Of a stretch of DNA of 64,000 nucleotides, positions 40,557 through 49,698 are shown piece after piece (position 1 is the first letter of the stretch; every line of letters starts with the position of its first letter). The notes below the pieces were generated by a model, which worked only from the letters and a program-made list of their open reading frames with translations, did not search any database and had not been told where the DNA came from. The DNA is from Spirochaetota bacterium. GTDB lineage: Bacteria; Spirochaetota; UBA4802; UBA5550. The stretch is from contig CAXXHB010000002.1 in assembly GCA_963664815.2 (NCBI GenBank), positions 778,421 to 842,420 of the forward strand, written 5' to 3'. A program made the translations under genes and the position numbers.

Positions 40557-41342
40557 TTGAGCATTGCTTTTTTTGATTCGGGAATTGGTGGAATTACGGT
40601 CCTCCATGAGGCTCTTAAAATACTGCCGTCTGAGGATTTTATATATTTTGCCGATACTTTGAATACCCCATATGGAACAAAAACCCGTGAAGAAGTAAGA
40701 AGTCTTGTGTTTAATGCTGTTGATTTTATTGTATCACTTGATGTAAAAGCAGTAGTTATAGCATGTAATACTGCAACAAGTGTGGCTGTTGAAGACTTGC
40801 GTAAAAGATATTTAATTCCAATAATAGGTATGGAACCTGCTGTTAAACCTGCAGTGGAGAGAACTGGTGGAACGAATAAACGGGTGCTTGTAACGGCTAC
40901 TCCTCTTACTATTAAAGAAGAAAAGCTGAAAAACCTTATAGGCCGAGTGGACAATGAACATATTGTAGACCTCCTTCCTCTGCCTGGTCTTGTCAGTTAT
41001 GCTGAGAGTTTTGAATTTCGGCACGAAATTGTGGCTGAGTATCTTCTTAATGAATTATCTTCATTTAATATGAATCTTTATGGTACAATAGTTCTTGGAT
41101 GTACTCATTTTCTTTTTTACAAGAATATAATAAAAAAAATAATACCTGAAGGAATAGATATAATTGATGGGAACACCGGTACAATTAATCAGCTTAAAAA
41201 AGTACTATCAGGTAATGGAGAAACAAGAAAAGATAGAAGTGATATTAGATGGTACTGCTCTGGAAATCCAGTTAAAGATTTTAATAAATTAGCTGAGTTT
41301 GAACTTCTGTTGCTGATCCTTGATTCAGCAGAAAATATTTAA
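40557..41342 (+). CDS. murI: Glutamate racemase
   Basis: FDSGIGG, PYGTK, IACNTAT, LGCTHF. Confidence 0.94.
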   Translation: MSIAFFDSGIGGITVLHEALKILPSEDFIYFADTLNTPYGTKTREEVRSLVFNAVDFIVSLDVKAVVIACNTATSVAVEDLRKRYLIPIIGMEPAVKPAVERTGGTNKRVLVTATPLTIKEEKLKNLIGRVDNEHIVDLLPLPGLVSYAESFEFRHEIVAEYLLNELSSFNMNLYGTIVLGCTHFLFYKNIIKKIIPEGIDIIDGNTGTINQLKKVLSGNGETRKDRSDIRWYCSGNPVKDFNKLAEFELLLLILDSAENI

Positions 41343-41374
41343 TTAAAGTTTCATTTTAAAATAGTTAATATAAC

Positions 41375-41416
41375 CACCCTAATTGTGAAGATTTAAAATA
41401 TCATCATGATTAGGGT
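41375..41416. terminator. Hairpin between convergent genes
   Basis: ACCCTAATTGTGA...TCATGATTAGGGT. Confidence 0.45.
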
Positions 41417-41442
41417 AGTATAATTATTAATGTAATTATATT

Positions 41443-41937
41443 TTATTTATTTTTAACGACAATTCTCATACTATCAAGTTTTACTTTAAATCCGCCGGAA
41501 ACAGTTACATAACCTTTATACATATCAGAAACATCTGTAATTTTTGCCATGAACCAGTTATTTCCTAAGGCTTCATCCTTATTTTCCGGAGCCCGATAGA
41601 GATCATCTGAAGACATATCGAATGCTATAACCTCTAATCCTATTTTAAGTTCTTCTTTTTTTGCAATTCTTGTCTTATAGTAAAACTTTGTCCAGATCTC
41701 TTCGCCATTTCTAACCGTAATAAATTCTGCTTCATTTTTTGACTGTATACTTGCTGGTGTTTTAAGCGTTGCAAGTGTTACGTAAATCCAACCCTGTGTC
41801 AGTTTTTCCTTTGTAATAAAGTAGTGATCAGAATTGATGTAATGATCATCATCTTCGGCAAAAACTGGAGTTATTGAGATTAATAATGATGAGAGAAAAG
41901 AGAGTATAAATGTACTGATAAAAATTTTTGTCTTCAT
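41443..41937 (-). CDS. Secreted hypothetical protein (beta-rich)
   Basis: RBS GGAGG; signal peptide ending VFA; mature part rich in W/Y beta-strands. Confidence 0.75.
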   Translation of the reverse strand: MKTKIFISTFILSFLSSLLISITPVFAEDDDHYINSDHYFITKEKLTQGWIYVTLATLKTPASIQSKNEAEFITVRNGEEIWTKFYYKTRIAKKEELKIGLEVIAFDMSSDDLYRAPENKDEALGNNWFMAKITDVSDMYKGYVTVSGGFKVKLDSMRIVVKNK

Positions 41938-42116
41938 TAAATCCTCCATGGATAATAATTATAAAATACAGTAATAAATTATCGATATTGAAATAAAATC
42001 AACTTTTATTTTTAAACATTAGAAACAAATTCCTGATGTATATAAACTCTGAAATTTTTTATTTTTTTTATCAATATAAACGTATTAATAGAGATGAAAA
42101 GATGACTGGAGGTTAT

Positions 42117-43634
42117 ATGCTGTCAAAAGCAGTATCCCTTGCACTTCATGGTATAAGTGCTGTAAGAGTTGATATTGAAGTGGATATTGTAAAGGGACTA
42201 CCTAATCTTACTATTGTGGGGCTTCCCGATTCAGTGATAAGAGAATCGAAGGATAGAATACGTTCTGCGGTAGAAAATTCAGGTTACGAATTTCCTCCTA
42301 AAAATTTTATTGTTAATCTTGCTCCTGCGGGTTTTAAAAAACAGGGTGCAAATTTTGATCTTCCGATAGCAATGACAATTCTTCAGTCCACAGGCCAGGT
42401 GGAATGTAAAATGGATAACATCCCGATGGTGGGGGAACTCTCTCTTGATGGAAGGGTAAAACCTGTCAGAGGAGTGATATCAATGGCAATAGCCCTTTAT
42501 CAGCTTGGCTATAGAAAGTTTATAATTCCATATAATAACAGATTCGAAGCAATGGCAATTGAAGGAATTGAAGTATATCCTGTAGAAAATATTAAAATGG
42601 TTATTGATGTATTTGAAGGAAAATTGTTACCATTCAAAGGAGAACTTAAGGTAAAGGAAAGAAATGATGATGCTGCTGATTTTGAAGATGTAAAAGGTCA
42701 GGAAAGTGCAAGAAGAGGGATAGAGGTAGCTGCAGCAGGCAGGCATAATATTTTACTGTATGGTGCTCCTGGATCCGGTAAAACAATGCTTGCGAAGAGA
42801 ATCCCTTCAATATTGCCTTTGCTGGAGTTGGAAAAAGCGATAGAAGTAACAATGATACATTCCGCATCTGGTGTACTTCCTGAGAGTGAAGGACTGATAA
42901 GAGTCCCTCCATTCAGATCACCTCATCATACTGCATCAGAAGCGGCAATTGTCGGTGGAGGAGTAAATCCTGGGGCAGGCGAGGTTTCGTTGGCGCAAAA
43001 CGGAATTCTTTTTCTAGATGAGTTTGTCGAGTTTCAAAATAATGTTATCCAGTCTCTTCGTCAGCCGCTGGAAGACCGGAAAATTACTGTTGCAAGAGCA
43101 TCAGGTACAGTAACATTTCCGGCAGATTTTATGCTTGTTGCAGCAAGTAATCCATGTCAGTGTGGCTATCTCTTTGATAATGAAATTGAATGTACTTGCC
43201 CGGTGGCAAAGATAGGGAGGTATTATCATAAAATTGCCGGACCAGTTGTGGATAGAATAGATATTGAAGTTCTTGTAAATCGTGTCTCGTATAAGGATTT
43301 ACTTGATTTTGGCAGAAATGAATCATCTGAAAAGATTAAGGAGAGAGTAATCAAGGCGGTAGAGATTCAGAAAAAAAGGTTTAAAGATTCATCAGTATGT
43401 TTCAATTCGCGTATGGGTAACAGGGAGATTCGCCGTTTTTGCAAAATAAGCAATGATGATGAAATATTTTTTGAGAATGCTGTTAAAAAACTGCATATAT
43501 CAGCCCGGACATTTTTTAAAATATTAAAAGTAAGTAGAACTATTGCTGACCTTGATAATTCTTATGAATTAAAACGAAATCATCTGCTGGAGGCAATATC
43601 ATACAAAAATATTTACAGGAATTATAATATGTAA
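42117..43634 (+). CDS. comM: YifB/ComM Mg-chelatase-like AAA+ ATPase
   Basis: VGLPD..ES..R, NLAPA, GELSLDG, GAPGSGKTML, FRSPHHT, LFLDE, ASNPCQCG, SRTIADL. Confidence 0.9.
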   Translation: MLSKAVSLALHGISAVRVDIEVDIVKGLPNLTIVGLPDSVIRESKDRIRSAVENSGYEFPPKNFIVNLAPAGFKKQGANFDLPIAMTILQSTGQVECKMDNIPMVGELSLDGRVKPVRGVISMAIALYQLGYRKFIIPYNNRFEAMAIEGIEVYPVENIKMVIDVFEGKLLPFKGELKVKERNDDAADFEDVKGQESARRGIEVAAAGRHNILLYGAPGSGKTMLAKRIPSILPLLELEKAIEVTMIHSASGVLPESEGLIRVPPFRSPHHTASEAAIVGGGVNPGAGEVSLAQNGILFLDEFVEFQNNVIQSLRQPLEDRKITVARASGTVTFPADFMLVAASNPCQCGYLFDNEIECTCPVAKIGRYYHKIAGPVVDRIDIEVLVNRVSYKDLLDFGRNESSEKIKERVIKAVEIQKKRFKDSSVCFNSRMGNREIRRFCKISNDDEIFFENAVKKLHISARTFFKILKVSRTIADLDNSYELKRNHLLEAISYKNIYRNYNM

Positions 43635-43675
43635 TTTTATTGTGTTATATATATGATACAGGTGTATGTAATTGA

Positions 43676-43719
43676 AGCATGTATGCTTATTTTAAATTTT
43701 AAATTTAAGCATACATGCT
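43676..43719. repeat. Inverted repeat, 14-bp perfect arms
   Basis: AGCATGTATGCTTA-N16-TAAGCATACATGCT. Confidence 0.8.
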
Positions 43720-43829
43720 CATAAACGGAGTAGAATGTTATAGTATGTTTCCAAAAAATAGAAATTTATATACATTGAATGCTCAATGATTAAATAATTA
43801 ATACTATATTCTATAAAAAAAAACAGTTT

Positions 43830-43846
43830 CTGGCATTTATCTTGCG
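43830..43846 (+). promoter_or_regulatory. sigma54 (-24/-12) promoter
   Basis: CTGGCATTTATCTTGCG: GG-N10-GC with TGGCA and TTGC consensus. Confidence 0.72.
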
Positions 43847-43898
43847 TAAATTATAAATACTATTGGAAATTGTTTTAATGTAAACACGGAGGAGAATA

Positions 43899-44099
43899 AT
43901 GAGAGGAAACATCATTACTTTTGGAGATCAGCAGTTTGATTTTAACCAATTCTGCGATAAAATTGAAAGATATGATATTGAGCTTACAAGGGGGGACCTG
44001 ATTGGTATTCTTAATGAAACAAAAGAAAACAATCCGATTCTTATACCTGCAATTCTTAATGTAATTAAAAACAGGTACCATATAAATCTTGCATTCTAA
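43899..44099 (+). CDS. Small hypothetical protein (66 aa), monocistronic
   Basis: Strong RBS GGAGGAG; own promoter and terminator. Confidence 0.8.
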   Translation: MRGNIITFGDQQFDFNQFCDKIERYDIELTRGDLIGILNETKENNPILIPAILNVIKNRYHINLAF

Positions 44100-44123
44100 A
44101 AAAATTATAAGTTTGAAAAAATG

Positions 44124-44154
44124 AATCCGCCTTAGTATCAGGGCGGATTTTTTT
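44124..44154 (+). terminator. Intrinsic terminator
   Basis: AATCCGCC-N10-GGCGGATT followed by TTTTT. Confidence 0.8.
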
Positions 44155-44196
44155 ATTTGTAGAGATATTTTCTGAAACAGCAAAACGAATCACAGG

Positions 44197-44478
44197 CTAT
44201 GTAATATTCTTGCTTATTCTTTTAACGTCGAATCCGTGTTCTATAAGGATTTCGTAGAGGCTTTCAATATGTTCACCCTTATCACTATATTTATAAATAA
44301 CAGAATCTTTGTATGACATAATGTCCACTTTGCGAACTACTATAACTTCAAGCAGATCTTCTCTGGTTTGTTCAGCACGTCTTTCTTTTACTTCGGAAAA
44401 TGCAATTTTATTTATGTTTAATTTTTTAAGAGTATCAATAAATTCATCGAGTGTTTTAAATATTTTTTCTTTAGACAT
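44197..44478 (-). CDS. Hypothetical protein (about 93 aa)
   Basis: Last gene of the glyA run; directly follows the stop of the upstream gene. Confidence 0.72.
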   Translation of the reverse strand: MSKEKIFKTLDEFIDTLKKLNINKIAFSEVKERRAEQTREDLLEVIVVRKVDIMSYKDSVIYKYSDKGEHIESLYEILIEHGFDVKRISKNIT

Positions 44479-44481
44479 CAA

Positions 44482-45312
44482 TTATTTCCTTATAGTATTT
44501 TCAGGTTCAATATTTATTATATTATTAAAATAGTTAACAATATAGAACCGGTTATTTTTTTTGTTCTTCATTTTATCGTCAGCTAATGAACAACCCGCAT
44601 TAATATATTTTATTGAATCTTTTGTTTTGGTTGTATATTCTTTTTCTGATCCGGAGAATACACCCTTAACATTATATTTAAGAAAAAGTTTGTGAAGGTT
44701 TTCATTTTTTTCCGGAAATTTCATCTTCTTTTTTTCCGGGAAGAGCTGATGATGTGTAAAAACGAATATGGCATTTGAGTCGCTGGATTCATCAAGATCA
44801 TTTTTAAGCCATTTTAACTGTTCATCATCAATAAAAGAGTCTTCGGATTCTGATGAGCTAAGACAGATAAAATGCATTGATCCATAATTGAAAGAATAGG
44901 ATGCCTTTCTTCCGGAAAATTCAGAATAAAGAGCAATCGAGCCATTATAATAATCTTTTTCACCAGGTATTGTGTAAATTGCAGTGTGAAGTTTTTTCAG
45001 CATTGGGAAAAAGAAACTTAACTGTCGTTTGATGTCCGATTCAAGTATTCCGTTTACATCAGAGCCGCCGTAGATGGCATTTCCTGTATGAATGATAATT
45101 TGCGGTTTTCTGTTTTCAATCTCTGTAATAAGAGACGGAAAATCCCTGGTAAATCCTGAAAAAGGAGAATCCGGGGATGTATTTCCGAATATGGCAAACC
45201 GGACCGACTCGGTAACCGGTTTTGTCGAAGAGCATCCCAATATAAAAGCAAAAGGCAAAATGATAAATATTATTATCATCCTGAATATAAAACTGAAGTT
45301 TCTTTCTACCAC
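44482..45312 (-). CDS. Calcineurin-like metallophosphoesterase-fold lipoprotein, catalytically degenerate
   Basis: Fold motifs FAIFGN, IHTGN, IPGEKD, QLKWLKNDL, FTHH, VFSG; lipobox ILGC. Confidence 0.75.
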   Translation of the reverse strand: MVERNFSFIFRMIIIFIILPFAFILGCSSTKPVTESVRFAIFGNTSPDSPFSGFTRDFPSLITEIENRKPQIIIHTGNAIYGGSDVNGILESDIKRQLSFFFPMLKKLHTAIYTIPGEKDYYNGSIALYSEFSGRKASYSFNYGSMHFICLSSSESEDSFIDDEQLKWLKNDLDESSDSNAIFVFTHHQLFPEKKKMKFPEKNENLHKLFLKYNVKGVFSGSEKEYTTKTKDSIKYINAGCSLADDKMKNKKNNRFYIVNYFNNIINIEPENTIRK

Positions 45313-45316
45313 CAGG

Positions 45317-46570
45317 TTATATCCTCAGAAAATCTGTAGGATATGATTTGCAGATCTCTCTTACTTCTTCTTGTGTTGAAGCAAGAATTTTATCATTATC
45401 AATATTGCTTATTATCTGGAGGATTAATTTTCCAATTCTCCTGAAGTCATCCTCTTTTAAGCCTCTTGTTGTAAGAGCAGGGCTTCCGAGTCTGATTCCG
45501 CTTGTAACAAATGGAGACTTGTCGTCAAATGGTACTCCATTTTTATTACATGTTATTCCAGCAGCGTCGAGTCTGTTTGCTGCATCTTTGCCTGTTACAC
45601 CTTTGTTTCTGAGGTCAATCAGGATAAGGTGATTATCTGTTCCGCCGGATACAAGCTTTAATCCTCCTGAAAGAAGAACTTCTGCAAGTGCTGACGCGTT
45701 TTTTACAATCTGTTTTTGATAAACAGCAAACTCCGGCTGAAGGGCTTCTTTAAATGAAACGGCTTTTGACGCGATTGTATGCATAAGAGGTCCACCCTGT
45801 GTTCCGGGAAACATAAATTTATTTATATTGGCTTCATACTCGGAATTCCCAAGTATTACACCCCCTCTTGGTCCGCGAAGTGTTTTATGGGTGGTGAAGG
45901 TTACAAAATCCGCAACATTAACAGGTGTTGGATGTACACCTGTTGCAACAAGTCCGGCGATGTGAGCTATATCAGCAAGAAGCTTTGCGCCCACACTGTC
46001 GGCGATTTCTTTGAACCTGTTGAAATCGATAATCCTCGGGTATGCAGATGCTCCAGCTATAATGAGCTTTGGCTTTGTTTCTTTTGCAAGTTTGTAAAGA
46101 GCATCATAATCAATCAGATTCGTATTTTCGGTAACCCCATAAGCCTTAACATTAAAATATTTTCCCGAGAAATTTACCGGCGAACCATGTGACAGGTGTC
46201 CGCCATGAGAAAGATTCATTCCGATATATGTATCTCCTGCATCTAAAAGAGACATCATAACAGCCATATTAGCCTGTGCACCTGAATGAGGCTGAACATT
46301 TGCCGCCTGAGCGTTGAAAAGCTTTTTAATTCTTTCTATTGCTAGAGATTCAACCTCATCAGCATGTGTACAGCCATTGTAATATCTTTTTCCTGGATAA
46401 CCCTCGGCGTATTTATTTGTCAGAGTTGACGATGAAGCTTCAAGGACTGCTTTAGACACATAATTCTCTGATGCTATCATTATAAGGTTATCTTCCTGTC
46501 TTTTATCTTCGGCTTCAAGTATTTTGTAAAGATCAGGATCCGTCTTTTTCAGGTTGAGTTTATCTGACAT
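45317..46570 (-). CDS. glyA: Serine hydroxymethyltransferase
   Basis: [37 protein letters not shown]. Confidence 0.97.
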   Translation of the reverse strand: MSDKLNLKKTDPDLYKILEAEDKRQEDNLIMIASENYVSKAVLEASSSTLTNKYAEGYPGKRYYNGCTHADEVESLAIERIKKLFNAQAANVQPHSGAQANMAVMMSLLDAGDTYIGMNLSHGGHLSHGSPVNFSGKYFNVKAYGVTENTNLIDYDALYKLAKETKPKLIIAGASAYPRIIDFNRFKEIADSVGAKLLADIAHIAGLVATGVHPTPVNVADFVTFTTHKTLRGPRGGVILGNSEYEANINKFMFPGTQGGPLMHTIASKAVSFKEALQPEFAVYQKQIVKNASALAEVLLSGGLKLVSGGTDNHLILIDLRNKGVTGKDAANRLDAAGITCNKNGVPFDDKSPFVTSGIRLGSPALTTRGLKEDDFRRIGKLILQIISNIDNDKILASTQEEVREICKSYPTDFLRI

Positions 46571-46951
46571 TGTGCACCTCTTTTATTATGCAGTTTTATT
46601 TATTATAAGTAATTATTTCTTAATCTGCTATTTTGAAAGATATTTAATTTTCCTGCCACCATCAGTGGAGGGAATAATTCTTATTTATATAATAATGGAT
46701 CTTTGCAAGAATTATTCTTGATTCATAAAGGTAATATAACTCAATGCATCAAATATATGTCAATTTAAAATTTTTGTTGAATTACTGGATGAGCTTTGAT
46801 TATTATTGAAATCTTGTTTTTTATATTGCTGAGAAGAGACTTAATATAAAATTAATAAGAGAGAATACTCCTGTTTGTTATATGTGGTTATTTCAAATAT
46901 TGCAGGATGTATATCTATAAATAGTAATTAAATAATTTTTTGGAGAATTTG

Positions 46952-47800
46952 ATGAAAGACGCTAAAATAAGGATATTAATTTTTAAAATACTTCCTAAAA
47001 GTTTTATGTCAAAAATTTTTGGATATGTTTCACTTCTTCCACTTCCTCAGGGATTTATGAAAAAAACTATCACATGGTATTGCCGGAAATATGGAGTAAA
47101 TCTTTCTGAAGCGGAAGCACCTTTGACTGGTTATAAGAATCTTAATACTTTTTTTACAAGAAAGCTAAAACCCGATGCGAGAATTATTGATAAAGATACG
47201 GATTCTATAGTAGCGACAACTGATTCAAGGGTTGATCAGTACGGCGACATAGTAGATGATATTATATTTCAGGCAAAAGGAGTTGATTATTCGCTTCGTG
47301 AACTTATACCATCAGTAGAAGCGGAAAAATTCATTAACGGTAAATATATTACATTGTATCTGTCTCCGGGAGATTATCATAGAATTCATTCCCCGGTGAC
47401 AGGAGCTATTACAGGTTTTTTTAATATTCCGGGGAAATTGTATACTGTACAGGAATTCATGGTGAAAGGATTCAGAGGATTATTTGCGGTTAATGAGAGA
47501 CTCATTACTTATATTCAAACAAAAACCGGTACGGTTGCTGTCTGTAAAATAGGAGCCTTTAATGTCGGGAAAATATCGCTATCTTATGATCTCTCTGTTA
47601 CAAATAAATTTTTCAGAAGTAAAAACGAACATATATATAATAAAGACAAATGTCCTTCAGTAAAAAAAGGGGAAGAAATAGGAATTTTTAATCTTGGTTC
47701 AACCGTCATCATATTGTTTGAAAAGGGTATGATGGAATTTTCTAATTTAAAAGAAGGCCAGAAAGTAAAAATGGGTGAGAAAATAGGAATAATTCTTTAG
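46952..47800 (+). CDS. psd: Phosphatidylserine decarboxylase proenzyme
   Basis: FFTRKLK, YLSPGDYHRIHSP, NER, autocleavage FNLGSTV. Confidence 0.92.
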   Translation: MKDAKIRILIFKILPKSFMSKIFGYVSLLPLPQGFMKKTITWYCRKYGVNLSEAEAPLTGYKNLNTFFTRKLKPDARIIDKDTDSIVATTDSRVDQYGDIVDDIIFQAKGVDYSLRELIPSVEAEKFINGKYITLYLSPGDYHRIHSPVTGAITGFFNIPGKLYTVQEFMVKGFRGLFAVNERLITYIQTKTGTVAVCKIGAFNVGKISLSYDLSVTNKFFRSKNEHIYNKDKCPSVKKGEEIGIFNLGSTVIILFEKGMMEFSNLKEGQKVKMGEKIGIIL

Positions 47801-47992
47801 AGAAAATATTATATATTCTCGGTGTCTTTGGCAGCGAAAATTTAATATTATAAAAAGTTTAGATGTTATATTAGTAATAAGATAAAAAAATATTCCAGGT
47901 AAGATTTATGACTTGAATTTTTATGGAACAATATTAATTTTTAGTGTTATTTTCATTATCTTTAACTAATAAATAAAAAATGGGGGATTTTT

Positions 47993-48718
47993 ATGGGATA
48001 TCATCAGGCGATGCAAAAATATATAGATGGCCAGGTGAGGTATTGGAAAGAAAGAAAGGATGCAATAGAAAAAATTGAATTCAAAGATCATGCGGAGAAA
48101 AAAAACAGTCCTTTCGTTACCTTGTCCAGGGAATATGGTGTAGGTGCATTTGAGCTTTCTGAGAAGATAGTACATCTTATTAATGAAAAATACAAGCCAG
48201 TGCCGGAATGGGCTTCTTATGACAGAAAACTCCTTGAAAAAATAATGGATGACCTTGGTTTATCCAGGTCTTTAGCAGAAACGCTAACAGACGGTGCCAG
48301 AAAAAAAATGACCGATCTCCTGCAGACTTCGTTTAGTTCATTTCCTCCACAGGTAGCAGTTTACAGAAGACTTGTGGAAATAATCAGAACTCTTGCCGTA
48401 ACCGGTAATGTTGTTCTTGTGGGAAGAGCAGGAAATATAATTACACGTGATATGGTGAAAGGATTTCATGTAAGAATTGTTGCTCCTATAAGTTACCGGG
48501 CGGATAAAATAAGCAAACGTATGAATGTATCACACAAAGATGCCGAGCAACTTATAATAGATAAAGACAGTAAAAGGGATGGCTTTATTAAGGAGTTTGT
48601 AAAGTTTGATAATACGGATCCCAATAATTATCATATTGTTGTCAATATGGGCCATATGTCTGTAGATGAAGCTGCGGCAGTAGTTGTAGATTCTATGAAG
48701 GAATGCGGATATCTATAA
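47993..48718 (+). CDS. Cytidylate kinase-like family protein
   Basis: VTLSREYGVGA, VLVGRAG, HVRIVAP, DPNNYHIVVN. Confidence 0.85.
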   Translation: MGYHQAMQKYIDGQVRYWKERKDAIEKIEFKDHAEKKNSPFVTLSREYGVGAFELSEKIVHLINEKYKPVPEWASYDRKLLEKIMDDLGLSRSLAETLTDGARKKMTDLLQTSFSSFPPQVAVYRRLVEIIRTLAVTGNVVLVGRAGNIITRDMVKGFHVRIVAPISYRADKISKRMNVSHKDAEQLIIDKDSKRDGFIKEFVKFDNTDPNNYHIVVNMGHMSVDEAAAVVVDSMKECGYL

Positions 48719-48729
48719 TCCGGGTATAG

Positions 48730-49215
48730 ATGAATAAAGAGAGTATCCAGAGATTTGAACTGACGGATATTTTTTTACAGTATGATTACACAGCGTGTAC
48801 ATTATTGTGCAAAAATGCTGTTGATGGTAAAAATCTCTGGATAAGAAAAATTGAAGATGGTGGATTTATATTTAATATTCTTGAAAATAAGGATAAAGTC
48901 TTCATCTCAATAGAGACTGAAGGGAATTACGGGCAGTTTTTAGTTTTAAATAAAAGAGATGGTATAACAAGCTGGTTTATTCCAGGTAAAGCATATATGT
49001 CCTGTCTTTATTGCGATTCTATTTATCTGATTTTCGCTGATAATAATAATGATTTTTTTCTTATTAAAACATCCACCGAAGATGGAAGTAAACTCTGGCA
49101 TCATGCTGTGGAAGATCATCTTGCAGAATATGCAATAAATAACAATGCAGTAATACTTAAATATCTTGATGGGAGTACGGAAACTATAAGCAACAGCACG
49201 GGTCTCCCTTTATAA
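48730..49215 (+). CDS. Hypothetical protein with PQQ-like beta-propeller repeats
   Basis: Repeated xDG..W motifs (VDGKNLW, RDGITSW, EDGSKLW). Confidence 0.65.
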   Translation: MNKESIQRFELTDIFLQYDYTACTLLCKNAVDGKNLWIRKIEDGGFIFNILENKDKVFISIETEGNYGQFLVLNKRDGITSWFIPGKAYMSCLYCDSIYLIFADNNNDFFLIKTSTEDGSKLWHHAVEDHLAEYAINNNAVILKYLDGSTETISNSTGLPL

Positions 49216-49231
49216 TGGTGATGGAGATTCT

Positions 49232-49684
49232 ATGATTAATAGTAAAATAGAAGATGCTACTAAATGCCTTTCGCTTGCAAGGCTGCTTAACAACTATAAA
49301 CCTCCATTCAGAGTGATCGGTGAGTATAAGCTCATAGATAATGGATTAGCTCCGGAAGCAACAGTTCATATTGAAGCAGATAATCACATTATACATGAAG
49401 CCTCTAATGGAAACGGACCTGTTGATGCTCTTGCTAATGTTCTCAGAAAAGCTCTTGCCCCCCTTTTTCCTGAAATTGTAAAAGTCAAGCTTGCCGATTA
49501 TGAGGCAAAAATTCTTGATGCAAGGAGCGGAACAAGTACGGAAGTGGAGGTTTCAATAATATTTACCGATGGAGAAAACATATGGAAAGTATACTCCATG
49601 TCTGAAAATATCAATAAGGCTTCATTTTGTGTGCTTATTGACGGGTTTGAATATGCGATTATGAGAGAACGGGGAGTAATCTGA
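49232..49684 (+). CDS. Stand-alone LeuA/CimA C-terminal allosteric domain protein
   Basis: EATV, GNGPVDALANVLRKAL, LADYEAKI, SENINKASF..L.DG.EY; no catalytic TIM barrel. Confidence 0.85.
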   Translation: MINSKIEDATKCLSLARLLNNYKPPFRVIGEYKLIDNGLAPEATVHIEADNHIIHEASNGNGPVDALANVLRKALAPLFPEIVKVKLADYEAKILDARSGTSTEVEVSIIFTDGENIWKVYSMSENINKASFCVLIDGFEYAIMRERGVI

Positions 49685-49698
49685 CAGAATAAAAATTT

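Noticed and set aside
46571-46790. ZTP, THF or glycine riboswitch upstream of glyA
   Set aside because: Small hairpins are present (CCTCCAC/GTGGCAGG; GAATAATTCTT/AAGAATTATTC) but none of the conserved aptamer motifs
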